NCBI RefSeq assembly: GCF_963921235.1
Contig: NC_086097.1
Coordinates: forward strand, 11,718,001 to 11,782,000
Origin: Mobula hypostoma
Taxonomy: Eukaryota
Direction: 5' to 3'
DNA: 64,000 nt
Below the pieces are notes generated by a model. That model did not search any database and was not told the DNA's origin. It worked only from the letters and a program-made list of their open reading frames with translations. A program made the position numbers and the translations under genes. Positions 49,475 through 62,550 of this stretch are shown piece by piece (the first letter of the stretch is position 1; every line of letters starts with the position of its first letter).

Positions 49475-50045
49475 CAAACACTAGAGATTCTGCAGATACT
49501 GGAAACTCAAAGCAACACCCACAAAATGCTGGAGGAACTCAGCAGGTAAGGCAGCACCTATGTAAAAAAATGATGTATTGGACCGAGACCCTTCTTCAGG
49601 ACTGGAAAGGAAGGGGGAAGATGCCAGAATAAAAAGGTGGCGGGAAGGGAAAGAGGCTTGCTGGAAGGTGGTGGGTGAAGCCAGGTGGGTGGGACAGGTC
49701 GAGGGTTGGAGAAGAAAGAATCTGATAGGAGTGGGATAGGAGTGGAACATAGGAGAAAGGGAGGGAGGATGGTACCCAGGGGAAGTAATAGGCAGGTGAG
49801 AAGAAGTGAAAGCTTCGAGTGGTGAATAGAGGAAGGGGCGGTGGGGGTGGGGGGAGGGATTTGTTCACTGGGAGGAGAAATTGATATTCATGCCGTAAGG
49901 TTGGTGGGTACCTGGATAGAATATAAGGTGTTGCTCCTCCACCCTGAGAGTGGTCTTATCTGGGCACAAGAGGAGGCCATGGACTGACACTTAGCAACAG
50001 GAATGGGAATGGGACTTAAAATGTTTGGCCACCAGGAAGTCTCAC
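49475..50045 (-). mobile_element. Penelope 3' part, decayed
   Basis: LRVEEQHLIFYPG..QPYGMNINF remnant; 3' terminal motif; half hammerhead near 49580-49605. Confidence 0.75.
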
Positions 50046-50079
50046 TCATGAACACTGGAGAATTGTGCTTAACTTGCAT

Positions 50080-50909
50080 TTATACCATGAGTAGCAACAT
50101 TGAAAGCAGAACGACTTCAGGACAACATTATGAGCTAACAGTCAGTGCAACAACAAGAGAATGAAATCAAGATTCTATGGGATTCAAATCAGGTGACCCT
50201 AACCTACGACATCTGTAAATCTTTCTATGATGCCAGAAGAAAATACCTGTCCAGTACTGAGTTTGAATCAGCCGTCAGTTATTTCATACTATAATGGGCT
50301 ACGAAACAAAGTCAGGCAGTATCACTTCTTGTGCGTTTTAATGGAACTGAGACCACTCAAGCAGTTAAGAGAAGAAAGCCACACATGAAATGGTTATTAG
50401 GAGTAAACACATTCATAGTGTGTATATTATCCAGCAACAGAACTTCAGACTGACATGACAGTATACAGGGACAAACTTCATTAACAGTTTATAGCACAAT
50501 ATCCCTTCATGCAAGTAAATGCACAACAAATAGCAGATCAATAGAGAGTGATAATAAAAAAACTCAATCATATAGTCATGTTAAGCCAATTAAAACATGA
50601 AGTAGCACTAGAGCTTAAAAGAAACCAAACAACAAAGCTATACAAAAAAATAATGAAGTTGCCACCCTCGGAAGCACTGCCGCAATGCAACTGCTCCACA
50701 ACGTGAAGGTAATAGCAACAACACAGAGGTAGAGCTCTGCAGAATGCTGATGAATAAGCTGAACTTACAGACAAAATTATCCTAACATTTACCACTAACA
50801 GAATACATGGGCACTGACCCATCAAAAAGACCCAACATATCAAAACAACACATCATCAAAATTTGAAATAAATTGTTCATATTCTCAACAATTTTATATC
50901 AGCATAATA
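50080..50909 (+). mobile_element. R4/Dong-clade LINE N-terminal region
   Basis: Decayed MKW...N.FI...YY...YRDKLH..F..QYP...NAQQIADQ.RVI, resembling the N-terminal domain of R4/Dong ORFs. Confidence 0.55.
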
Positions 50910-52750
50910 TTGAATTGAATTGAATTGACTTTATTACTTACATCCTTCATATACATGAAGAGTAAAAATCTTTATGTTATGTCTCCGTATAAATTGCAAT
51001 GTAAATTATAATAAATATTATGTACAACAGGATAGTCAGTATAACATAGAAACCCAGTTGCTTCAGCGTGAATTAATCAGTCTGATGGCCTGGTGGAAGA
51101 AGCTGTCCTGGAGCCTATTGGTCCTGGTTTTTATGCTGCGGTACCTGTTTCCCGGATGGTAGCAGGTGGAACAGTTTGTGGTTGGAGTGACCCGGGTCTC
51201 CAATGATCCTTTAGACCCCTTTTACACACCTGTCTTTGTAAATATCCTGAATCATGGGAAGTTCACAACTACAGATGTGCTGGGCTGTCCACACCTCTCT
51301 CTGCAGAGACCTGCGATTGAGGGAGGTACAGTTCCCATACCAGGCAGTGATGCAGCCAGTCAGGATGCTCTCAATTGTGCCCTGATAGAAAGTTCTTAGG
51401 ATTTGGGAGCCCATACCAAACATCTTCAACTGTCTGAGGTGAAAGAGGCACTGTTTTGCCTTTTTCATCACACAGCCGGTATGTACAGACCACGTGAGAT
51501 TCTCAGTGATGTTAATGCCGAGGAATTTAAAGCTGCTCACCCTCTCAACCCCAGATCCATTGATATCAATAGGGGCGAGCCTGTCTCCATTCCTCCTGTA
51601 GTCCACAACCAGCTCCTTTGCTTTTGCAACATTGAGGGAGAGGCTGTCTTCTTCTGTTTTCACCACTGTGTCAGGGTGATGACTTCTTCTCTGTAAACTG
51701 CCTCATTATTATTTGAGATTTGGCCAATCAATGTAGAGTCATCAGCAAATTTAATTAGTAGACTGGAGCTGTGGGTGGTGACACAGTCATGGGTATACAG
51801 AGAACTTTACTCAGGGGGTTTAAAACACAGCCCTGAGGGGCTTCTGTGTTGAGGGTCAGAGGGGCAGAGATGAGGGGGCCCACTCTTACCACCTGCCAGT
51901 GACTGATCTGACAGGAAGTCCAGGATCCAGCTGCACAAGGCAGGGTGAAGGTCGAGGTCTCTGAGCTTCTTGACGAGCCTGGAGGGAATTATGGTGTTGA
52001 GTGCTGAACTGTGGTCCAAGAACAGCATTCTCACATAAGCTTCTCTCTTCTCCAGGTGTGTAAGGACAGCGTGTAGAGCTGTGGCTATTGCGTCATCTGT
52101 CGATTGGTTGTGACAGCTGGCAAATTATAGGGGGTCCAGTGTGGGTGGTAGCAAGCTGCAGATTTAGTCCTTGACCAGCCTCTCAAAGCACTTGCTTAAT
52201 ATTGAGGTGAGTGCGACAAGACATCAGTCGTTCAGACATCTTACCTTGGTCTTTTTTGGTACAGGGACAATGGTGGATAATTTGAAGCAGGAGGGCACTC
52301 TACACTTGGAGAGGGAGAGATTGAAAATATCAGTAAACACACCAGCCAGTTGTACTGCACACACTTTGAGTACCACCCTGAAATGCCATCCGGTCCTGTA
52401 ACCTTGCAGCTGTCCACTCTTTGGAAACACCTGCGTACTTGAGCCTCAGGGATGACCAAGCTGCCGGTCACATCACCTAACACACATCAAAGTTGCTGGT
52501 GAACGCAGCAGGCTAGGCAGCATCTCTAGGAAGAGGTACAGTCGACGTTTCAGGCCGAGACCCTTCGTCAGGTCACATCAGCTGCAGGTTTCCTCGGGGG
52601 CTCAGTATTGGCTACACTGAATTGAGCATAAGAAAGATTTAGCTCATCTGGGAGAGAGGCAGCGATATTGGAAACTCCACTGCGTTTAGCTTTGAAGTCT
52701 GCAAAGGTGTGCAGACCTTGCCACAGGCTGCGTGTGTTGTTGGTGGGGAG
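50910..52750 (-). mobile_element. Rex1/Babar LINE RT region
   Basis: [33 protein letters not shown]; (ttcaa)n tail; same family as 42842-44016. Confidence 0.9.
52476..52570 (-). mobile_element. 95-bp Penelope terminal insertion containing a hammerhead core
   Basis: Near-identical to 1736-1829; 10-bp TSD ggtcacatca (52466-52475, 52571-52580). Confidence 0.85.
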
Positions 52751-52905
52751 TTGAAAACTTGAAACATTTGAAGAACTACACACAATGACACATTGCACAG
52801 CATTAACAGCAGTGCAGAGCAATGGCTTCAAAATAGATGCACTCATTAATAGAAACCCCAAAATGAGTAATGAAATGGGAACACGAAAGTAGCACACCTA
52901 ATGGA

Positions 52906-55900
52906 GAGTCATGTCCTCATGACTTTGAGATAATTTGCCAGCCCTTCTTGCAAAGCTCGAAGTCCAACCCAGGTGTAAAAGGCAGTGACATAGCTCCCCA
53001 AAGCTGTAGGGGCCAGACTCAGTTCCCCCAGGGCTACATAGGCCAGCCTATCCAGTGGTCTCCTAATTCTTGGAGACCTCTGTTCCCCCTCATCTACCTC
53101 TTCATGTTCTGACACTACTGGGGATATTTCTGGTCTACTTGGTGAGACCTCTCCCGGCCTATCACTTGTGCCCACCTGCAACTCGGTCCCCTCTGTCCTT
53201 TGGCTGAGCCCCACTTCATCCCTTGCAGGGTCCTGCTACAATCCGAGCTGTCCACTGATAGCACCTCCCCTCCCCCAATTTCACCTGACTCAACGTGAGA
53301 AGGGTTGGGAGTCTCTTCCTCAATCAATGGGGAGTTAGCAAAAGGCAGCATATACCACACCCCCATTTCTTCATCCTCCAAATCAGTATCCCGCTCAGGG
53401 GCAGGGGCTGGCCTAATCTCCCCTGCTGTTGGCCCTGCAGTTGGCCCTGCAGTCACCCCACGTCACTGCAGAATTCTCTTACTGGGTGTAGGCTCGAGGT
53501 CGGAATTTGGGTCAACCTGCATCTCTTGTCCCAGAGGCGGTTCCAAAGGAGAATCTTGACGGGCCCATTCCCATCCACTTTTTTCACCCTGAAAACTGGT
53601 ATGTTTGGCATCTGACTCTCCACCACATAGGGTGTAGCCGCCCAGCGGTCAACCAACTTATGCTTGCCAGGTAGCCCCAAATTCCTTATGAGGACTTGAT
53701 CTTCCGGCATGAGTTGGGAAAACCTCACCTTTTGATCATACCTCCTCTTATTTCCTTGATTCTGCTTGGCAGCCATGACCCCAGCTATTTCGTAAGCCTT
53801 TTCCAGCTCCCTTCTCATACCAGACACGTATTTTAGATAATTCTTCGGTGGTAGGTCGCCCTTGTCAATCCCAAAACAAAGATCAATGGGAAACCTTGCA
53901 TCATGCCCAAACGTCAGATAATATGGCAAGTACCCAGTAGCTTCATTTCGGGTACAGTTGTAACAATGGACCAGGTGTCCAATATGTTGACTCCACCTGC
54001 TCTTCTTGCTGATCTCCAGAGTCCCGAGCATGTCTAGCAAGGTCCAATTAAACCTCTCGGGCTGGGGATCACCCTATGGATGATAGGGTGTAGTCCTCGA
54101 CTTCTCAACTCCAAGCATGCTCAGTAACTCATGGATGAGCCTACTCTCGAAATCCCGTCCCTAATAACTATGTGTTCGCCTGGAGAGGCCATAATAAACA
54201 ACATAATTCTCCATATCACTTAATCCAATGTGGATGCCTTCTGGTCCTTGGTAGGGAAAGCCCGTGCATATCTGATGTAGTGGTCTGTGATGACTAAGGC
54301 ATTCTCCATGTTGCCAGCATCTGGCTCTATTGACAGGAAATCCATACACACCAGGTCCAGGGCCCCACTGTCTGCAAGTGGGACAAGAGAGTTGCCCGTG
54401 TAGGCAGCGTCTTCCTCCCTACGCATCGAATGCACGAGTTGCAGTATTCTTCGGCCTCCAGCTTCATTCGGGGCCAGTAGAACTGGTCTTTGATCAATCC
54501 ACAGTTCTTTTAAACCCCCAAATGTTCAGAATCATCATGAAGTGACTTCAACACAATCCTCCGATACTTCTCCGGCAGAACCTGCTGGGAATGCCAAGGT
54601 CGGTCTGGAGGTGACATGACCAGGTTCCTCAACTCCAACCAGGGCCATTCTCTCAGTAATGGAGGCACCACAGCATGTTTCATCTTCTCCGCCTGAGCCA
54701 CGTCTCCCTTTTCCACTGCTGACCAAATGGTACCGATGCCCGGGTCATCTCGCTGAGCAGTTTCCACCTCCCTAGAACTCAATTCCGGTAACTAGTTTGT
54801 CTTGAGAGCAGTCAGGTTACAGTAAACTTGTGGAATGGCGACATCAGAAGCTCCCAATTGATCTACCGACTGATCCTCCCTTGCCTTCCATCTGCCTTCA
54901 CCATGATGGTAACTGACACATGCCTTTCACCCTCGGGGCAGGAATGCTCTCCCACTCTTTGTCCCTGTCCAGCCCTTCATGTGCCTGTCGGGCCAAAGCA
55001 TCAGCATCAATGTTCCTGCTTCTCGGCCGGTACTTCAAGCTGAAATCACAGGCAGACAACACCGCCAACCGCTGATGGCCTGTGGCATCCAATTTCGCTG
55101 AGGTCAGGATATAAGTTAGAGGGTTGTTGTCCATCCTCATCTCAAACTTGGCACCATAGAGGTAGTCACTCAGCTTATCCACCACAGCCCATTTCAACGC
55201 CAGAAACTCCAACTTGTGCGTGGGATAGTTTTTCTCAGAGGGAGCTGACAAATGCAACAGGGCTCAACCTGGTGCCCTGATCCTGATACAGGACACCCCC
55301 TAAGCCCTCTTTGCTGGCATCTGTGTGCAGTACGTATGGCAATCCAGAGTCTGCCAAAGCCAGTTTGGGCACCTGGGTCAGCAGCTCCTTCAGCAACTGA
55401 AAGGCCTCTTCACATTTCGCATCCCACCTCAGTCCAAAAGGCTCCGAAGGGCTAACATAATCTTTACCCTCCTCTCCTTTTGTCCTCCTCCTTTTCTTCC
55501 CCAAGGGAGGGTAACCACACAAAAGCTGATTCAACGGGTGACTCACTCTCGCATAGCACTTCACGAACCTCCGATAGTAACTACAGAACCTGAGGAATGA
55601 GCACAAAGCACTTACAGTCTGGGTCCTTGGCCAGGTTGTCACCGCCTCTGTCTTGGAAGGTTTGGTAGCTACTCCATCTCCTGAGACTATGTGCCTAAAA
55701 TAGCTAACAGAGGTCTTGCAGAAATGGCACTTGTCCAGGGAAAGTTTTAACCCTTCAGCTTTCAGGCAGCCCAGTACCTTCAGTAGCCTTGCTTCATGCA
55801 CTTCCCAGGTGGATCCAAACACTCTGAGGTCATCCAGGTACACCAATACCTCAAGCAAGTTCATATCCCCCATCGTTTTCTCCATGACATGCTGGAAGGT

Positions 55901-58900
55901 TGCAGAGGCTCCTGATATGCCCTGGGGCATTCTTTCAAACTGGAAGAATTCCCAGGGGAAATATAAATGCCATCTTCTCTTTGTCGGCCTAACTCATGGG
56001 GATCTGGTAATATCCACTCCTCAAGGCCAGTACACTGAACCACTTCACACCACTCAGACAGGTCAGTTAGTCTTCGATCCTTAGGACCGTGTACTGGTCG
56101 GGTATTGGTGCACCTGTTCAGAGTCCTATAGTCCACACACATCCGTACTTTCCCATTCTTCTTTCAGGCCACTACTACTGGGGACGCATAGGGTCTTTGG
56201 TACTCAGTGATGATCCCAGCTTCCTTCAACTTCCAATAATACTGCCACACGTTTTCCACCTCTGCAGGGGCCATTCGCTGCAACCTCTCTCTAAACGGGT
56301 TTCCCTTGGTCAGCCGGATAGTGGGACGAGTGCTCTTGGAACAACCCACATCAAACTTGTCAGTGGAGAAAACACCTCCCAAATTCAACATCTTCTCTAC
56401 CAACCTTCTCTTCCAACCCGCAGGTACCGGGGAGTCCCCAAAGTTGAATGACTCAACGGTCAACGTTCCCCCTTTTTCCAATAGTTTCTTCCCGGCTTGT
56501 CTCACAGGGACACTAGACATTACCATCACTGGGAAAAATTGAGCCAGGGACATCCCCCATTTGAAGGTGATCTCCCTCTTCATAGTGTTCCTGACAATCA
56601 CTGCCATCCTGTTCGCCCGAACAGCCGAGGGCTTCTGCAATTTGGGCCTCACCAGTACCCCAGCACCCCAGCAGGCACTACCGACTCCTCTTCGTGGTCT
56701 TCTGAAGCATCCATCAAGAAGGCCTTGCCCTCTGGCATTCCGGGAAATTTGAGGTTTCCCATTACTCTCGCTACTTCCCCGGGCCATAACACGATTGATT
56801 TGGACTAGGTGAACCACACAGTCCCTCGTCTAAACTCGTTATCCAGCCCAATGCAGCCACGCACTTCCTCAAAAGCAGCTCGAAACACTGGGTGAACGGA
56901 CAATGATCTCAGGAAGCTCTCTCCAGCTTTCTCCTTGCAGGCTCCCATGAGCCTCCTCACAATAGGAGTGTTGGTCCCCACAAGAATTGAAATGCCACCC
57001 TTCTCAACGGGATCTGGAGAAACTGGTGCTACTGTATTAAGGGCCTCAGCCACTCCACATCGGTCTCTGAAAACTCCAGCTTCACTGACAAATAACCGTC
57101 ACACAGATAATCACCGCACTAAGACCCCAGATCACCAATGCACTGAATGGTGTCAATGGTAAATGCGTCAAATACTGGTTGTAAAGTGAACGGTACAGCA
57201 AAGTAACCTGTGACCCTATGTCAAGTATGGCTCTAGCATAAATACCCTCTATCTGTAGCGATACACTGGAGCTTGGCCCCCATATGGTTCTTTGCTTTAG
57301 GGTGTTCCTTGATATATTCCAGGGAACGTGTTCCCTCCCGATACGACAGGCCATTCCCCTCACTGGGTCTCTTTAAGTTTTCTGTGGTAAACCATGGTTG
57401 TAACTGGGTTACCTGTCTGGCCAGGCCTGGACACGCCCCTCTGCTGACTGCTGCTGTGGCTCCTCCCACAGACCCCTGAATAAAGGCGATTGTGCCACTG
57501 CTCCCTCTCTCAGTCCAGGACAGACACAGCATGGATGAGGACCCATTTTACTGTTAATAAAAGCCTTTCAGTATTTACTCTACTTCCAGTCATTTGGAGT
57601 AATTGATAGTGCATCATTTTCCCAACAACTCTCTCTGCTTAGGTACCCGGGGGCTCACTCTCTGAAGGGTTTCCCGTCGTTCATACTCCCGCCTGAAGTG
57701 TCCCTCTTCATTACAGTTATAACAGACAATACCGGCCGCCCTCCTTCTCATGTGACAATGGCTGCTAGCAGCCCTCCGCATAGTCCAACCTTTGGATGAT
57801 CCGCCTCCCTATCAGCTCCATAATATGGGGCGGGTTACACCTGCTGATAACAACCGGGACATCTCAGTTCTCAGCTCTGTCACAATCTCCTCTACCACTC
57901 CCCGGTGCAGGCTATCTGTGGTCACTTCACCACAGGGGACCACTACCGAGGACTGTACCCTGCCGATGGAGGCCTCCTGTGCCTCTGACGCATTCTCCTC
58001 CTCTTGTATTTCTCTGATCAGCTCAACAAACGAGGGAGGGGGGGGTCGCGTCTTACGAGACAGTCGGAGACCCCAGGCGATCAGAACTTGGGGCTGAGTG
58101 CCTTTTGTTATCTGGTCCATTCTTAACTGATCCTCCTCAGCCGCCTGAATGGCCCTCTGCAGCACAAGCAATTTAGCTGCCCGTCTAACTGAAAGATGTA
58201 GGCAGGAAGTTTCTCCCCCTTCCCCTGACCTATGTTCTGAAACCCCGTCATGAGCTCCACTGGGCTTCCTGTCATGCCCAATGCATTCTCCAGTTCTCCC
58301 ATGTAATCGGCAGCCTTGGCCAGGGGGTACCAGGACTTTATGGCTCTCACAATGTCAGCAGCTCGCCCCCTCAAAATCTCGACCAATCTCTGTCGCTTCA
58401 CTTCATCAGAGCACTGCCACTCATCTAACAACTGAGAGGTCTGCTCCGCCCAAGTCTCATACTCCTCTTCCCATTTAGGGGTTGGCTTCGTTCCTGAGAA
58501 TAGGCGGAGCCTACGATAGCTGGGACTTTGGACCTGGGCATTTTTCCATTTATTTGCCAGAGAGGCAAGGTCGGATGCTAACTCAGAATTCTCACTCTTC
58601 ACTGGAGGACAGGGACTCATTAGACATTCCAAATCAGACCACTCCTTCCCCTCGCTAAGCAGAAACGAGAGATCCCTGTCTTCGAAGTCTCCGCCCCCAG
58701 CTACGGAAGACTTGTCTTCTGATTTGGCCCACTCTCCCGCTCACCTGCACTCTCCTTCCACCTGGAAAGTATGGACAGTCCACGGCCCCCACCTCTCCTG
58801 GGGCACCGATAGTACCAGGCAGTTCACCTGCCGTTATGTCAGCGCTAGTCTGAACTAAAACAAGGTCTGTGCCTGCTATTTTATCAAATCTCTGCCCCAC

Positions 58901-59770
58901 AATCGTAACTTTGCCTACAGCTTTAACGGTACTTAAAAGTTGAATTAACAATTTATCAGGAGTACAAATCTCTACCCCACTCAACACGCACGCATTAATT
59001 TTTTTTAGATTAGATTTATTTTTTTTATTTTTTATTTTTAGATTACCGGTAACCCCATGGATGCTCTTCACTTCTCCACCCTGACAGCACCCATACCAGC
59101 ACAGACTTAAACACACAACCTACTGGTTCAATGCTCAGGACAATCACACAGCATCCAACAAAATCAATCCTGGACCAACCCCCACAATTGTAACCCTCAG
59201 GTTTGGCCGGTGGAGTTAATTTAGGAAAGACAGTCTCTGACCCCACCAAATGTGTGAAATCTGAGGTGCAAAACCTCTTGTTTGTGTAGTTGCTGCGTGA
59301 TGTGTTCCCCTGTTACAAATCAGTACCACGGAATAACAAGGAGTACACCATATGCAATTAACCGATTTATCTTTATAATTCTTAATTTGACTAGAAGGTG
59401 AGTAAAGAAAACAAAAAGAAAAGGGCCCATTTTAATGCAACAGTCCACTGCGCATGTTGGAGCTCATGGTTTCCTGTCTATTAGTCCTCCATCGATTCAC
59501 CCCCCCCCCCGGGCGTTGTCGACTCCTGACCCCATTCCAAGTCCACTCTATCCTGCAGTCTACAGCCTCTCCGTTCTGGCATCTTCTCTCTCCATCTTCC
59601 ACTGAACAAAAGCCCTTGAAAACTCATTCTCAGGCACACAAGAAAGAAAAAACACTCCCCTCGTTGGACAGTGCACATTCCAAAACCCCATTATCTCTAG
59701 TCATAACCCAAACACTGCTGCTACAGAGAAACCATTATATTAGCAGTGAAACCTTTTCCAGGGCGATACA
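52906..59770 (-). mobile_element. Gypsy LTR retrotransposon with PNMA-like gag, degenerate, 3' LTR missing
   Basis: 5' LTR 59189-59770 (TG..CA); PBS tgggggttggtccaggat resembling the tRNA-Pro complement; gag YRRLRLFSG...YETW, knuckle CYNCNEEGHF, protease AILDIGSQV, RT MPQG..YLDD, RNase H LHTDAS/KLEFLALKWA, integrase CMDF; many frameshifts. Confidence 0.92.
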
Positions 59771-60180
59771 ATACATTTCAGCAATTTTCTTAAAAATTCT
59801 GAAAAATTGCCTGAATTCTTGACAGAAGGTAAAACATAGCCTACCTAAATATCATCCTATAAGATGTTTACAAACTATATATAAAATTGTAACATCGTGC
59901 ATCTCGCAACTAATTACCACTCACTTACTCAGATAACCACAATATACTTACAGAAGAGCAGCGAGGTTGCCGTAAGGGTATGAAAGGATGTGAAGAACAA
60001 CTGATAATAGATTCTGTAATTCTAAATCAAGCCTGGCAGAAAAACAGAAATCTTTCAGGTTGTTATACTGACTACCAAAAAGCATTTGATTTTGTCCAAC
60101 AATCATGGTTAATAGCAGTTCTTAATATATATAAGCTACACACTATCCTTCTGAAATTTCTACAACGTCTGATGAAGTAT

Positions 60181-60488
60181 AAGGCATCCGTTAGTCCTGC
60201 GAGACCATGGATCTGCACCTGGAAAGTCTTCACTCTTCAGGGCGCAGGCCTGGGCAAGGTTGTATGGAAGACCGGCAGTTGCCCATGCTGCAAGTCTTCC
60301 CTCTCCACGATGCCGATATTGTCCAAGGGAAGGACAAGGGCCAATACAAATTGGCACCAGTGTTGTCACAGAGCAATGTGTGGTTACGTGCCTTGCTCAA
60401 GGTCACAACACGCTGCCGTGGCTGGGCCCTGAACTCGTGACCTTCAGGTCGATAGTCGAATGCTTTAACCACTTGGCCACGTGCCCAA
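60181..60488 (-). mobile_element. tRNA-derived SINE, full length
   Basis: A and B boxes on minus strand; 13-bp TSD tctgatgaagtat (60168-60180, 60489-60501). Confidence 0.9.
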
Positions 60489-61884
60489 TCTGATGAAGTA
60501 TTCATATACTATCTATTAACAGCTAAAAAAGAATAACCACCATCATCAAAATAAATCGAGATAGTTTCCAGAACGACTCTCTAAGCCCACAATGTTTTTG
60601 TCTCGCTTTGAAACCGCTCTCTAATTTACTGAATCAGATGAAAATAGGGTATTTAATCAGAGGCAACCAATGAATTATACCTTGACACACCTTCTGTACC
60701 TGAACAATTTGAAATTATACCCTCCTTCATCAGTAAAGCTAAAGTAATTAACTCAAATATAGAACTATTTTCTAAAGATATATACATGAACTTTGGACTA
60801 GATACTTGCAGAACATTAAACATAAAGGAAGATGCAATAGAGCTAGTAGAATATAAAACAGAGCAGCAGGGTACAGTACAACTGATGGATGAATATGAAA
60901 CATAAGAGTATCCGGGATATCAACAAGCAAAGAAGCTAGATCATAGTGTGATAAAGGGAAAATTTTCGACAGAACTTACTTCAAGGCTCAGGAAAATCTG
61001 CCAAACAGCGCTCAATGGTAAAAATATACAAAGGCACTTTCACTATACCCATATTAACATATTCTTCTGGCATTGCATCTTGGTTCAAAACCAATCTGAA
61101 AAATTTATAAAGAGAAATAAGAATTGAAATGACAAATCTTAGAAACATGATGTCCACTTGATTGCATTTAGATTATCACTACATAGGACAGAAAGAGGAA
61201 GAGGAATAACACATAAGAAATTGACACTGATCAGATAAAATTTCTAAGGATATATTTTCATCAACAAAAACAGGATTCAGCACTTCATGCAAACATATGC
61301 AAGTCTGATAAGAAATACAAACCGCTCAGCATAAATGAAAGTACAACCCAGAAAGATGAAGAAATTATCATGATCGAAGAAAATGTTAACCTATGGAAGA
61401 GCATGACCCACCATGAAAGTCATCCCCAAGATCTGAGCAGGCTAGATTTTGAACACCTGGCTCAGATTTGGATACTTCTTCTCAGAAACAGTGGGGTTCC
61501 ATGTGGCAATACAGGACCAAGAAGTTAACACAATAAAATATCAAAAATACATGATAAAAGGCCAACAAATGCAGGACTATAAATACAAAAATTGCTAAGA
61601 GAAACCAGATACAATCCAACACATCTCAGCACCCTGCAGGAGTTTAACTTAATCTGATAATTTACACAGGCACAATCAAGTGGCGAACATTATTCGCCAA
61701 AATCTTGCTTTAAAATACTAACTTTTAAATACACTATACTATAAAAAAAAGTATCTAATGCTTTCACAGTGTATCATCATCATCAGGTGCTGTGCCCAGT
61801 TTAAGCTTTGACTGCCATGGCCCACACACTCCTGTTTCGGGTCAAGTAGATCAATTCATTGGTAATTTGCAGTGTATATGATGA

Positions 61885-62006
61885 ATAAACTCTTCTCAGG
61901 CTTCCAGGCTAGTACAGGTACCGATTTTAACCAACGTTTTGATGACAAACTCTGCCATCTTTATCAGGGATAATGCCTGGACATGTCTAGCTCAGGAAGA
62001 GTTTAT
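61885..62006 (-). mobile_element. Terminal fragment of a second Penelope-like family with decayed hammerhead
   Basis: Inverted ends ataaactcttc/gaagagtttat; reverse complement CTGATAA-a-gatggca-gagtt-tgtcatc-AAAA-cg-TT. Confidence 0.5.
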
Positions 62007-62283
62007 CCGACACCATACTTTAATATAAATACAAGCCTAATCCAGTTTTAGAGTCATAGTCCTACAAATTATATTACAGCTGATCTGTTATTAGATAGGA
62101 CAATCCATAATAATTGTCCTGATATAATATTACAGGATAAACAAACGAGTACAACTTACTTAATAGATATAGCCATTCCAAACACATATAACGTACAGAA
62201 ATCAATATGAAAACATCAGAAATATGCAGAATTAAAGGAGGGAATTGAAAGACGATGGAATATGAACAAACTATACATTATTC

Positions 62284-62550
62284 AAAATCAGAATCAGGTT
62301 TATCACCGGCATGTGTCATGAAATGTGTTAACTTAGCAGCAGCAGTTCAATACAATACATAATATAGGTGAAAAGAAAATAAGTAAATCAGTTGCAGTAT
62401 ACGTATATTGAATAGGTTAAAAATCATGCAAAAATACGGAAATAACATATTTTAAAAAGTGAGGTAGTGTTCAAGGGTTCAACGTCCATTTAGGAATCGG
62501 ATGGCAGAGGGGAAAAAGCTGTTCCTGAATTGCTGAGTGTGTGCCTTCAG
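62284..62550 (-). mobile_element. Rex1-type 3' end nested in R4/Dong
   Basis: (gattct) tail and FRNSFFPSAIRFLN remnant. Confidence 0.7.

Noticed and set aside
58123..58632. Domesticated PNMA host gene
   Set aside because: Frameshifted and embedded in a full LTR-gag-pol structure, so it is a dead retrotransposon.
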